Positions 1 to 13,468 of a stretch of DNA of 64,000 bases are shown here, piece after piece. The stretch is from the human T2T-CHM13v2.0 reference genome, Homo sapiens. A program made the translations under genes and the position numbers. The first letter of the stretch is position 1, and the number at the start of each line of letters is the position of its first letter. Location: NCBI RefSeq assembly GCF_009914755.1, contig NC_060925.1; one strand, given 5' to 3'. The notes under the pieces were generated by a model, which searched no databases, had not been told where the DNA came from, and worked only from the letters and a program-made list of their open reading frames with translations.

Positions 1-299
1 TGGCTCAGACTTGTAATCCCAGCACTTAGGTAGGCCGAGGTGGACGAATAATGAGGTCAGGATATCAAGACCATCCTGGCCAACATGGTGAAACCCCGTC
101 TCTACTAAAAATACAAAAAATTAGTCGGGTGTGGTGGAGGGCACCTGTACTCCCAGCTACTCGGGAGGCTGAGGCAGGAGAATCACTTGAATCCTGGAGG
201 TGGAAGTTTCAGTGAGCCAAGATTATGCCATTGCACTCCAACCCAGACAACAGTGCGAGACTCCACCTCAAAAAAAAAAAAAAAAGAAAAAAAAAAGAA
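1..299 (+). mobile_element. Alu SINE (AluS, Sc-like), 5' end cut by window edge
   Basis: TGGCTCA..TGTAATCCCAGCAC head, CTACTAAAAATACAAAAAATTAG linker, right arm, A-tail at 270-299; 2-bp deletion before GAGGTCAG and ACCATCCTGGCCAACATGG. Confidence 0.95.
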
Positions 300-938
300 A
301 CTGTCAAGTGGTCTTCCAATGTGACTATCCCATTTTTGCATTCCCATCAGCAGTGTCTGAGAGTTCTTGTTTCTCCACATCCTACTAGGTATGCAGTAGT
401 ATCTCAATATTGTTTTAATTTGCAGTTCTCTAGTTACTATCACACCACGTTGAACATCTTTTCAACTGTTGATTTACCATCTATATATCTTATTTTGTGA
501 GTTGTCTGTTCGTATATTTTGCCCATTTTTAATGTACATTGTTTGTTTTATTATTGCTGTGCTTTAAAAGATTTTTTTTGCATATTTTGGATAACAATCT
601 CTTATCAGATATGTCTTTTGCAAATATTTTTCCTAGTCTATGTCTTGTCTTCTCATTCTCTTGACATTGTCTTTCGCAGAGCAGAATTTTATAGTTTTAA
701 TAAAGTCCAGCTAATAATTATTTATTTTATGCCTTGTGGCTTTGATGATGTATCTAAAATGTCAATACCATATCCAAGATCATCTAGATTTTTCCAAAGA
801 GTTTCATAGTTTTGCATGTTACATGTAGTTCTATGATTCATTTTGAGTTAATTTTTTTGTAAAGAGTTTAAGGTCTGTGTGTAGATTCATTTATTTTTGC
901 ATATGGATGGCCAGTTTTTCCAGTACAATTTTTGAAAG
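300..938 (-). mobile_element. Old L1M (L1MB/MC-type) ORF2 3' fragment
   Basis: Typical antisense L1 motifs: TTGCATTCCCATCAGCAGTGT, TTATCAGATATGTCTTTTGCAAATATTTT, CATTTTGAGTTAATTTTT. Confidence 0.8.
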
Positions 939-3900
939 GTTATAAGATTTTCATACCTAAAATTGCAAGTGTTAGTTATTTAAACATAACACGAAAGATG
1001 CAAAGCTACTTTTGAAATTGTAATAAAAAATGTATACTATGGTTTCTCCCAGGTCTTATAGAAACAAAGCTGTTACATGCAACGCAAAACATCTTTGTGG
1101 TAAATAGAAAATATTTTGTTTGTACAGCTTCCTTCAATGTACACCAGTGGAAGATAATTAGTAAACAAGAATTTAATGAGTTGCAAGTATCTTTTTGTTG
1201 TTTGGATTTTTCTAAATTAAAAAAAAAATCCAAACCAAAAATTGTTAAATTTTGATACATGTGTGCACGCACACACACATGCACCCACACACATATTTAC
1301 ATATAAATGACATTTTATTAAAGTTTTTTTTTTCCAATAAAGCAAGTGTTCATAAGTGTTGAATGGCAATGAGTTTAAGGTCATCCTTGCAATAACAATC
1401 TATAACGAAAAGTGTTCTTTATTCCAGATTATGTGCAAAAATTCTTAAATATTCAGCTAGAGCAATGTTTATTTCCTTAATCCTAGGGATTTGTTTTTTG
1501 TTACTTATCTTTATGAAATGAAAGAATTCAACAAAAACATATTACTTAGAATGAGGCACTTACTATAAAGGACAGTGTTGGAGAGGACCTAAGATATAAT
1601 TTTGCAAACTAGTGGGAGGATGAATGATTGAGGCCATCAAGTTTTATGACATAAAGCAAAGATAAATGTGATCTAAAAACTTATCTTTTGAAGCAAATGC
1701 CTCCACACAGTCTAAGAAGAATAATGAATCTCATTGTACCCAATTTCTTATGTACACTAGAAAAGAATGTGTTCAGATACCACAGTTAGGTAATTGAATA
1801 GATTTTTTTTTTTGTTTAATGCTATTTCCACAAATTTAATATTCATTTAAAGATAGATGTTAACTTAAAGGTATTATTTGTGGTATGAGTTTTATATTAG
1901 GCCTGTTATGTATGAGGTTACTACTAGAATGTGTCAAAAAGACATGGTAGCTGCATAAAGGAGCACATTACTTTTGAGCCTATTTAAAGTTATGTCTAGG
2001 TAACAATGCACAAATGTGAGAGAAGAGTCAGAGTAGATTCCTGCTTTACCTCATTGAAAAACTGTAAGCTTATTAAAGCATTAAGATCATTACTCATTAC
2101 TACTGATTCTGATTCCAAAGTAGCATTAAGGAGTAGATTTTATATAAAATATATAATGGAAAATTGCAGCAAAACATATAACAAACGTATGTATGCAATG
2201 TCAACATTCTCCAAAGCTACAAGCAATTTAATTTGGCCCTAACATATTTCACTTCATTGAATTTCTATTGAATAGTTCAATCCTAAAATATGTTTGTTGT
2301 TTTGCAGAATGTTTCTTTGATAACTGAATTTGAAATATTTATGAAAAAAGTTACATACATTCTGTTGGAAGATTTGGTAAGCTAATAATGGTTTAATTGA
2401 AGAATAAGAGAGTATGACATTTAGAAAATGAGTTGTCATTTGAGTCAAACTAAACTTGGCTATGCTATGCTAATATATATATATATACTTTTTTTTTTTT
2501 TTAGAAAATTGGATCTTAGAATCTCCAGAAACTCTTGAAAGTCTGTACAAATATCCCCTTGAAAGGTAACAAATATCCCCAAGACCACTAATTATATCCA
2601 GTCTTTTAAGAAAGAATACTGTATAAGAGAGTGTTCCAGAAGCACCTTTCAAAATGAGCTCTGGAATTCACCATATTAGACACAATTAACATTCATTATA
2701 TTAAAGTATCATGAAATTTATGAAAAATATTTTGCAATAAATATATTTTTCACATAAGACAATAAAAATCCCGTGATTTTCAAGATACAGAGCTTTTAAA
2801 AGAAGTTCTGATTATAAACAATTACTAATGGAAAGAGAAAAGTCAGTTTCCTGGGAGAGCATATGGTAAAATATTCTATCTTTAGTACAGATTCTCTAAT
2901 ATACTTTGAAAACTCTTACATTAACATAACTTGACTTTTAATACTTGCCATTTAATCATAAATATACCTTGCCACTGAAGTAGAATTGTCAGAGATTAAA
3001 TTAAAGTTTTATTATAATGATCTTAAGGCTAGAAATTAGCAGAAGGAAAATTAACTCAGTATACAGGCGCTCCTTGATAACTAAGGGAGCATTTCTGAAA
3101 AAGTATTTAATTTTAAAAAGCTTGTCAAAAGCAATTTTTATATGAAATATTGTCTTCATTACATAATTTTCAAGACGCCAGGCACTACAGCAGATTAATT
3201 GCCAGCATGTGGGCTGTGGTAGAGTGGCTAAGGCAGTCCCTGCCTCCGTCTACACTCAAAGGAGGAACTGATATCATGTGCAGAGACGACCAGATCATAC
3301 ATCCCTCCCGTGTACTCCTCCCATATTCGTGTTCTACTTCGGACTAAAAGCAATTGTAATGAATGGCTTTTATGCATTTTTGTCACGAGAGTTTTTCAAT
3401 GAATTAGAATCATTTTCCTTTGATAGGCGGCAAGGGCAAATCACAAGTGGTCAGAATATCAGAGTCAGCTTTAATCACTGCTGATGACCATAAAGATCTA
3501 TTAAGATCTACTAAAGGCACGAAACAAATAGAGCCATGTGAATGATGACACTGTAGGTTTCCAGTCACTGGTGATAACTACTTGTAATGATTCCGTGTCT
3601 GTTCATACATGTGGCTTGAGATAGTCTATATTATCAGAAACATAATAATCAAAACACCTGGGTCAGGTTAAGGGAGACATATAAAATTGTGGTAAGTAGC
3701 TTGCCTAGAGAAAAAAACCTTATCAGCAGTAAGTCCCTCTCAAATTCATCTGTGCTTCTCCAGACTGGTAATTCTAATACACCATCATTTTTCCCTTGAA
3801 GCATCTTTTAATGTTGCTTCCTCCCTTCATAACGCACACCTATGATCTTCAAAACATTATGGTTTTTGTTTTCTGCTTTAATTCATTGAGTTTACATTGG

Positions 3901-4734
3901 AGGAACTATTTTATCCTTCCATCTTTTCTCTAACATCAAAAATATCAATGATTGGTATCCCTTAATATTTCAATCAGCTGAGAAGCCATCCTTAACCATG
4001 AGATAATTTCAATTACACATCTTGATTTTTTCTGCTCAATTTATCCTTCCCATTCCCTTCTTGTAGTACTTCTTTTCCACTTGTGAACCGTGACCTTTCA
4101 CTCAACGTGATACTTCTGAAACTGTTGACAATAAAGTGATTTCTCTTCCATGAGAATGAGCATATTTGCTAGGCTAACAGAGTTTCCTCTCTCTCTAAAG
4201 TTAAGGATTGTGCTAAGAAATGGCTGCATGCCTTTAGAAGGAAATTTAGAATCCTTTGTGAACTTTTTACACAAATGATAAAGGAAATGATACAAAAATA
4301 AGCCAGTAACAGAAGAAAATGAAGAGATGGAGACCAAGTGAACAGCAGGGTCCTGACAGCATCATGCTGGATTTACCCTTTCCTGAAAGCAGTCAATAAT
4401 TAGAATCTAAAGTTACAAGCAGAAAAATACAATTTTTTAAAGTAATTTGAGTACTTTTTGAAATTTAATTTAAACTTTATAATATAGCTCCATTTTGCCA
4501 CTTTCAATATATTTCAAACAGTCAACTGAAACTTTCTGCTTACTCCCCTGTATTTCCCACTAGACTCTAAAGCACAGATAAAATTTGCTAGTTAGCTATA
4601 ATGTTACCAGGGTTAACTAAAATAACTATCACCTTATATTATTTAGAAATTATTTCTAAAAATATGAATCGAAATTACAACAATTTCCATCACAGTTTCT
4701 ATGTCACTCTATATCAAAACCCTGAGTTTGACAG

Positions 4735-6496
4735 ATCAGTGGGTCTATGTTGAGGCTTCTTTTGGTTTGTCTGTCTGTTTTCCCTTTCAATTCAATGGAT
4801 TTAATTCCCCACTTCATCCCTCCTGTGTGATCTTTGTAACCACACATTACAGGGACTGTATATTTCTTTCCTTATAACAATTCTAGGACTATTCAGAATA
4901 GTTTTAATAATCATGAAGGTTTTCCTATCATTTTATAATATATAGGGTGAGAACAAATTTCTGATTATCTAGATCACAACTATAAATACAGAGAGAGAGA
5001 GAGATCTAGTGACTTTCACCTCTGAAGAACTTCTATTGGTTTTATAAATACTAGTTCTCTATGTTGAATGCATTTTTGTTTGAAGTACCTAAAGTATCTT
5101 TTGTTTTCTTTACACAACTCAGAATGAAATAGAATACTGTACCATAAGTGGTAGCAAGAGCTAAACCATCAAAAAGATAACTGGGAATTGTTTATTTCTT
5201 CAAGTGGTTTTGGTTGGTTCCAAGAGTCTCTTTGTCAGTGGAAAATAGGTATTGACATTCTATAGCATGGAATGACAAATAACTCTTTAAATATCATATG
5301 TACCTCAGTAAAGTACTCTTTGGAGGCAAGGCTTAACCACAAAAAGCCGCTGATACAAAAAATAATATGGAAGAATTAGTCACTTCAAGATTTTATAGTG
5401 GACTGGCTACTTTTGTGTATATGAAATATCTTAAAGATAAAAAATAACTAGTTAATGGCTTTAAATTCTCAGCCTATGTATAATAAAAAGTCTTCTCTGT
5501 CTACCCTTATGTGAATTCTTATATTTTATAGAGTGTAGGTAGCTGGAAGCAAGAGACACCTAATTCTGTAGGTTCCTGAATTAAGGGGCGAGTGAATTCA
5601 TAGCATAGCTAAATCTCTTATGACATTTAGGGCATTGATTAGGAAAGAGTTAAATCCTTACATTTCAAAAGAATAGATATGGAAGGATAAAACAATCTTT
5701 CATTATCATGGAAGAGTGTATTTTGACTATTAAAAAAAGCATAATCACTCAGAGATGGATAGAGTGACTGATCAAACTTTAGATCTTTCCCTTGAAGAGA
5801 AAGCTTCAGAATGCCTTCACTTATACAAGTAATGGCTTGCATTATGTTAGGTCAAAGCGTGCTATTATTGATTTTGCCATTGTTCACAAATTTAAATATA
5901 AGCTATGTGTTGAACTGTTGGAGAGAACTGCCTTTTTGCAATGAGCATCAATTCCTAAATTATCTGTGCTCTCCCTAGTAGTATAAGTATTGTGAGCCTA
6001 GGAATTAGATAATTCAATTCCCTTACCTCCTGATTTCTCGATGGAACTTACAGTACACCAATGAGATAAACTTGCATGAGGTTCAGAAAGTGGTAGACAG
6101 GGAATGCCATATTAACCTTCATCATTGATAATGAGCAGAAGTGTGTGCTTTTGTAAAACTGAATGTTTTGTTGTTGATGATGATTGTTTATTTGTTTGGT
6201 CATCAACCTGAGGTCATTCACCTGTTCATCTGTCATTCAGTTGCCTTGATGCTACATGGAAGGACTATTAATTGGTGACACTCTCTTGATCTGATGCAAG
6301 AGGAGGAACACCAATTGCCTGCTTCTCTAAATAAAGATTGATGAGTAAAATCTGAAAGCTACAATATCTCCTCTTGACTTTCACTTCATTAGTCCCTAAG
6401 CAATTTTATAAGTGCCTGATTCCCTGTATTTTATACCTTTGTTCTTGAAAAACCTTTACTGTTTCTCTCTTCCAGAGTAAACACTAATTGATGCAG
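4735..6496 (+). mobile_element. Degenerate ERVL-class element: LTR, internal remnant, LTR (LTR41/LTR52-like)
   Basis: Two LTR-like 3' ends (~5040-5131 and ~6395-6496) resembling ...AAATACCTAGAGTGGTTTCTGTTTCC...ACTGATACA; a PBS-like GTACCATAAGTGGT follows the first. Confidence 0.5.
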
Positions 6497-6949
6497 GTAG
6501 CCAGTGTACCATTAACTAAACCAAAATCTTTTTCTCTAGCAACTAGTACAGTGGGAAATTCTGAATGTGGGGCAGTAATACTTCTATAATCTGTATCAGT
6601 TTCATGCATGTGTTATTGAATTACATATGAGAATAAAACATCTGTATCTGAATATTTAGTATTAAAACATTTATGTTTCGTTGGAAAAAATTTAGTTTTC
6701 AAAAAGTATAGTGAAACACGTTAACATGATCTTTAAAATGATGATTAATTTTTTATTTCTGTAGCTTACAATACTTCTGTAAACATTGATTGTACTGAAA
6801 CTATCAACTGTGCATTTGGCAAGCTGAGGTTTCTAATTAGCAAATCCCTGAGCAACTTACATTGGACAAACAAAAAGTTCCTCAAGAACTATCAGTGGAA
6901 GAATTGTAATCTGTCACAGTGATTCACTGGGAAAGCCAGAGATGAGATT

Positions 6950-8322
6950 CAGACCAGCCTTATGAGAGGTCCTTAATGGAGTACTAAACATGGAATTGAA
7001 AACAATGATACGTGCTACCACAAAAATACACTTAGGCACATAGCCCACAGGTATTTTAAAGCAATCACACAGTCAAGTCTACATAACAACTAGGTAGCAA
7101 CATGATGACACAATGAAAATCTAATGTATCAATACTAACCCTGAATGTAAATGGGCTAAATGCTAAATGCTCTGCCTAAATGACATAGAGTGGCAAGCTG
7201 GATAAAAAGACAAGACTCAACCATCTGCTGTCTTCAAAAGACCCATGTCACATGTAATGACACCCACAGGCTCAAAATAAAGGGAAAGAGAAAGATATGC
7301 CATGCAAATGGAAAACAAAAAAGTGCAGGAATAACTATTCTAATATTGGATAAAACAGATTTTAAGCAATACAATTTAAGAAAGACAAAGAAGAACATTA
7401 CATAATGATAAAGGGTACAATCCAACAAGATGGCTTAACTGTCCCAAATATATATACACCCTACATTGAAGCACCCAGATTTATAGAACAAGTTCTTCAT
7501 TTCATACAAAAAGACTTAGAGAACCACATAATAATAGTGGGAGATGTCAACACCCCACTGACAGCATTAGATCATCAAGGCAGTAAACTAACAAAGAAAC
7601 TAGATTTAAACTTGACACTTGGCCAATTGTACCTAATAAACATCTACAGACCACTTCACCCAACGACCACAGAGTATACATTCTTCTTAGCTGCACATGG
7701 AACATATTTTAAGATCAGCCATATGATCAGCCATAAAGCAAGCTGCAATAAATTCAAACGAAATTGAAATCATACCAAGCACAATATCAGACCAGGTTAA
7801 AAAAGAAAGAAAGAGAAAGGAAGGAGGGAAGGAACGAAGGAAGGACAGACACCTCTCAAAACTATACAAATTAATAGAAATTAAATAACTTGTTCATGAA
7901 TAACTGATAGGTAAACATCAACATTAAGGCAGAAATAAAAAAAAAATTGAAATTAATGAAAATAGAGACACAACTTACCAAAATCTCTGGGATGCAGGTA
8001 AAACAGTATTGTTAAGGGGAAAGTTTATAGTGCTAAATGTCTTTGTCAAAAAGTTAAAAGAGCTCAAATTAACAATCTAATTTTCTTCTAAAAGAATGAG
8101 TAAAAAAAGAGTAAACCAACCCCAAATCTAGCAGAAGAAAAAAAAGTAATTCAAATTAGAGAAAAACTTAATGACATTGAGTTGAAAACTCTATACAAAA
8201 GATAAATGAAACCAAAGTTTGATTATACAAAAAAAGAAAGAAAGAAAGAACAAAAAAGAGATTGAGAGAACACAAGCTAGATTAATTAACAAAGATAAAA
8301 GGCACAATGCAAATAAGTACAA
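6950..8322 (+). mobile_element. L1 (older L1P/L1PB-type) fragment: ORF1 end, spacer, ORF2 endonuclease; 3'-truncated
   Basis: CAATACTAACCCTGAATGTAAATGGGCTAAAT at the ORF2 start; translations match the L1 APE domain; AAATCTCTGGGATGCAG and GGGAAAGTTTATAG downstream. Confidence 0.93.
7190..7767 (+). pseudogene. Frameshifted L1 ORF2p endonuclease remnant
   Basis: WIKRQDSTICCLQKTH..THRLKIKG..DKTDFK, then in another frame IIVGDVNTPL..YTFFLAAHGTY; the conserved QETH motif reads QKTH. Confidence 0.9.
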
Positions 8323-9289
8323 TGAACCCATAAAAATCCCAGATTCAGCCACACCTTGGGACTACCCACCTGTAGGTAGGAGCTACACACTTCGGGTCTC
8401 CTCTTTGCTGAGAGCTGTTTTGTTGCTCAATAAAATTCTTCTCTGCCTTGCTTACCCTCCAGTTGTCCATGTAGCCTCATTCTTCCTGGATATGGGACAA
8501 GAACTGGGGAACCACCAAATGGCAGCAAGAAAAGGGTTGTAACAATTTCCTGGCCAACTCACTGAGCTGCAGGTGGGAGCCAAAGGAGCTGTAACACTGC
8601 AGGCAGTGATATGCTCCCATTTGCTGGACTGTGGGAGTGAAGAGTAGAAACCCTTCTGGGGGCCCAGACCTGGGGATTTTCCAAGCCAGAGTAGTAACAC
8701 TATAGCCCTCCTGCTCTCCACCAGTGTGACGTGGCCATCTCACATGACGAGAAGCAGGGGCAGGGCCGGGCCAGGCCGGGAGCTGCAGGCAGGAGCTAGG
8801 CAACGGGACTGAATGAGCTGAAAACATGCCCGCCACCCTGTTCTCCATGCAGTGGGCAGCGGGAATAAGAGTGCTGTAGCACACCCCACACTCACTCCTT
8901 GGGGCTTTGCGGTTGCTAGTGTCTCTGAGTTATTGGACGCCACTGCGTTCCCCTCGTCAAGAAACCAGTGCCCACAGAGGAAGCCACATGCAGTATGCGT
9001 GGTCTAGCTGCAGCCTCACAGGAAGCCAGCACCTGTGTCGGCACCTGGAACTGCCCACCCTACTGCAGCAGCCAGCGTGCCGAGCTCACTCACTTATGCA
9101 CCCCTTGCCATTCCACACCTGAATCACCCTCAACAGGAATGGGATCTGGGCTGATAATATGAGCCGAGTGCAGCCTGCTGGGCCGAGTGGGCAGAATGAA
9201 CCTAGCGGGAGCAAGCCAAACTCAAGCAGACGTGCCTCGGGCCACAGAGGTTTCCGGCTGGCGAAGTGACACCCAAAGGATTCTGTGAC
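8323..9289 (+). mobile_element. MER52-family ERV1 LTR, 5' portion missing
   Basis: Collinear with the full copy from ~28083 onward (CCCATAAAAA, CACTTCGGGTCTCCT, CCTCATTCTTCCTGGA); ends GGATTCTGTGACA; AATAAA at 8429-8434. Confidence 0.88.
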
Positions 9290-10760
9290 AGTACTTATAA
9301 TTTTGGGGAGTATTTTTGTATCATTAAAAATTACTCATTGCAGGACTATAAGCCTTTAACCTAAATTCTGAATTATATATTTTTTTATACTTGGGTCACA
9401 GATATTTTGAGAATTTATTTGGAATAGCCTCAAATTTTACAAATGATGTCAAATAAAAAATCCACACCTATGCGTATACTTTACCATTTTAGTATGACTA
9501 ATACCTTACCATTTCAGTACCAATTCAGTGAATTTTATACTTTACCATGCCATTTTAATATTATACCTAGTTATTAATGAGATAAACTTGTATAATCAAT
9601 ATGCCTATATTTTAGTAAGTAGTTATGTATATAAAATATTACTGAAAGTATTATAGTATTTGTGGTAACAACAAAGAAAATATTGTATATTTTAATAAAA
9701 TTTCCGTAAATTATGTCTACTAAATTAGAGACATATTGAGCCTCTACTCATTCTAATATAAATGTGTGTTTATAATTATGTTAATTGCATTGAGTAACAT
9801 AAATACATTTTCAGAATTGGAACATTTTTATAACCACATAATTAAAAGTCTGTTTTCTTAATTTTTCTCATAGTAAAGTTATAATAGTGTTTGCAGCAAA
9901 AGAAAATCTCATTCACATCTTTTTTGTCTGTTAAATAATTTCTGTCGGATTAAATTTAACATTAGCAAATATTGTAAAATGATTAGATGTAAGAGGTTGT
10001 TTGCCAATTAGATTATATTTTCTTTTTAATGTTTCTTTTTTGTATAGTTTTATGAATATCACAATATTTAAACATTTGTGTGTGTATAAATGAAAAAGTA
10101 AGAGTAAAGGATAAATAAAAGCAGTGTTTTTATCAAAAACAGTTGTCTGCATAAATACACATATTCCCATTACATACATATTCCCATTAACTTTTTATAT
10201 TACCAGAGGAATGACAAACTCAAAATAACAACAGTTCTTTGTAAAAAAGTAAAAGTTGATTGTGGTTTCTCCAGATTTATATCAATTTCTCTTCAATATT
10301 TGTAATTAACTTATATGACACTGAGATAGTGTCAAATTAAATATTTTCCTCTGTTAACTGATTTTTACCAATGGCACAACCATCACATTTAAAACTTAAA
10401 TGTGAAAAGATTAAATGAATTAAAATATTAATTATACTGAGTGTATACAGTGATTTATTATGTGTAAAGTTTGAATTTGGGTATTCTTATTAATTAAATA
10501 TTTTATTTTCTCTTCATAGATTGGCAATGTTTAATGATAGATAAAACAAAAGAAAATAAAAATCTTGATGGTTCATAAATACCTTAGAAAGAATATGTAC
10601 TAATAAGGACTCCATTAGCTTTGAAATATCATAGCCTTAAAATATAACTAGTGTAAACTGATGGCAGAACTTTCTGTAACAGATGCCATTTGGGCATATT
10701 CTATTGTTTATGTCCTAAATAAAAGTCACCAAGCTAATATCTACCTCAAAAATAAATAAT

Positions 10761-10881
10761 AGCCAGGAGCGATGGATTACACTTGTAATCCCAGCACACT
10801 GGGAGGCCAAGGTGGGCAGATTGCTTGAGGTCACGAATTCTAGACCAGCCTAGGTAACGTGATGAAACCCATCTCTACAAA

Positions 10882-10938
<57 letters not shown>

Positions 10939-11134
10939 TAGACTGGCATGGTGGTGCATGCCTGTGGTCCCAGCTACTCAGGAGACTGAGGTGGGAGGAT
11001 CGCTTGAGACTGATGGGGGCAGAGGTTGCGGTGAGCTGAGATCATACCACTGCACTCCAGGCTACATGATGGAGCCAGACTTTGTCTCAAAACAAACAAA
11101 CAAAAAAATCAAAAAAGAAACCCAAAAAACAAAC
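10761..11134 (+). mobile_element. AluJ with expanded A/(AT)n middle linker
   Basis: Dimeric Alu with GGGAGGATCGCTTGAG (J diagnostic); approximate TSD AAAATAAATAAT/AAAATAAGAAT. Confidence 0.93.
10879..10934. repeat. (A)20(AT)18 compound microsatellite
   Basis: Directly visible within the Alu linker. Confidence 0.95.
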
Positions 11135-11614
11135 TAAAATAAGAATTATTATTTTTTCATTAAAATATAATGCAATTTGCTTTTCTATAGAAAGTTGTCA
11201 CAATTTATAAAATTTTTGCATTCAATGCCAATAACCACACTACGTTTCATGTTGTTATTTCAAATTCATTTATGTGAAAATTGAGATTCTGATTAATTAA
11301 GACTTGCCCAAGTTTTTACCACTATTACTATAGAGCTAGTATTCAAATTTGTATCAATTCACAAGCTATGCTTTTCCATTTTGTTTTCAGTACTAATTCT
11401 TTTCAAGGAGCATAGATCATATTGGACTCAGTAAATGTGTTGAAGTGTACTTCATTATGTTGGTTAAATATTTAGAGAATAAATATGTTGACCAAGCTAA
11501 TGACTGACAGTAAAAAAGCAAACAAACAAAAACCTATAGTAAAATCTCATGTTTTGAAATTTTAATTATAAAGCTGATGATTCATTTTCTGCTATTTTCA
11601 CTTTTTAAAAATAG

Positions 11615-12289
11615 CTGGAGAGGATGTGGAGAAATAGGAACACTTTTACACTGTTGGTGGGGCTGTAAACTAGTTCAACCATTGTGGAAGTCAGTGTGGC
11701 GATTCCTGAAGGATCTAGAACTAGAAATACCATTTGACCCAGCCATCCCATTACTGGGTATACACCCAAAGGATTATAAATCATACTGCTATAAAGACAT
11801 ATGCACATGTATGTTTATTGCAGCACTATTCACAATAGCAATTACTTGGAACCAACCCAAATGTCCATCAATGATAGACTGGATTAAGAAAATGTGGCAC
11901 ATATACGCCATGGAATACTATGCAGCCATAAAAAAGGATGAGTTCATGTCCTTTGTAGGGACATGGATGAAACTAGAAACCATCATTCTCAGCGAACTAT
12001 CACAAGGACAAAAAACCAAACACTGCATGTTCTCACTCATAGGTGGGAACTGAATAATGAGAAGACCTGGACACACGGTGGGGAACATCACACACCAGGG
12101 CCTGTCGTGGGGTGGGGGGAGGGCGGAGGGATAGCATTAGGAGATATACCTAATGTAAATGACGAGTTAATGGCTGCAGCACACCAACATGGCACATGTA
12201 TACATATGTAACAAACCTGCATGTTGTGCACATGTACCCTAGAACTTAAAGTGTAATTACAAAATTAGATTAAAAAAATAAAAATAAAT
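11615..12289 (+). mobile_element. 5'-truncated L1PA (L1PA4-like): ORF2 C-terminus, 3'UTR, A-tail
   Basis: WRGCGEIGTLLHCWW...FSLIGGN* ORF2 end; GGAGATATACCTAATGTAAATGACGAG; TSD AAAAATAG at 11607-11614 and 12290-12297 at a TT/AAAA site. Confidence 0.96.
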
Positions 12290-13382
12290 AAAAATAGAAT
12301 ATGGTCTTCTAGCTGTTAAGCAGAGCACTATTTATCAAGGGAAGCTATTCAAATATTAGTCATTCACTTTTATGCAACTTTATTAATATAAATGCTTTAA
12401 TAAGTGTCCATTTTCTTTAGGATATAGATCCTATAACTTTACTCATATTTACTTATCTATTGATTTATCTACTTACTTCTTTCTCTCTCTCTCTGTGTAC
12501 TAAGTTAATTTTGAAAATCAAATGCTGTCTTTTTGGCCTATTAATCTATACTATCAGGTTGGCTAGTAATATTTATTCTACATTGATTTCCTTGATCCTG
12601 ATAACATTATTTTTCTCATAAATACCATTAAATAATTTGATGAATTATTTCTAGTTCCACTTATCAAAGTCATAAGTTAAAGTGTTTTTATAATCCCGGG
12701 TCTGTGTTTCATGCTTTCCAATGTCTTCCTTTATATCAAATACTTCTAAAATGACTGTAGTCAATGATGCCCACAAAAGAGAATAATGTGTATCTACAAG
12801 TGAGTTATTTGATATACACAGTTCTAACAAAAATTTTCTCTGATTTCACATCTTATAAAAAAGATAATGAATTCACAAGCTGCCTGAGAAACGGCATATT
12901 ATTTGCTAGTCAAGAAGGGAAATGCAAGTCTTTCCTCAGTCTAGGAAAGATTATCTATGGAAGTTATAGATATGACAAAACTTTAAAGACCTTCACCAGA
13001 ATACATGTTTAGGCAACTTCTTTGAAACAAGGCAATCAAACAGTTAGCTATCTAATTCCAATATCAAAATGTAGTGTAAAAAACATTATTGAGATATTAT
13101 TCCTACTAGTATTGTTGCTGCTCTTAACACCATCATTTCAACTAGTACTGACTTTTTTATATTAAGGAATGTCTGATATGCATTACCATTGTGATTAGCA
13201 TGTATATAAAATATCTTTTAACACAACATTTATGAAAATAGGTGACACGATTAATTCAATTTTACTTACATTCATGCATAGAAAGGTTAAATAGTCTATA
13301 TAGTATCACACAGTGACTAATTATTTTGGACCTAAAACTAGGACCAAAAGATTTTTTTATTAAATTATCCTAGCTAGTAAAT

Positions 13383-13468
13383 TAGGTCCTATAATAATTA
13401 TACAAATTAGCCAGGTCAACTAACTTAGGTTATACAATAATTATCCAAATAAACCAGGTAAACTAGAT
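13383..13468. repeat. Imperfect 43-bp tandem duplication
   Basis: TAGGTCCTATAATAATTATACAAATTAGCCAGGTCAACTAACT / TAGGTTATACAATAATTATCCAAATAAACCAGGTAAACTAGAT. Confidence 0.8.

Noticed and set aside
11577-12053. Longest ORF (158 aa) as a novel gene
   Set aside because: It is the L1 ORF2 C-terminus of a 5'-truncated insertion, with a chance in-frame ATG in the flank and no promoter or splicing evidence.
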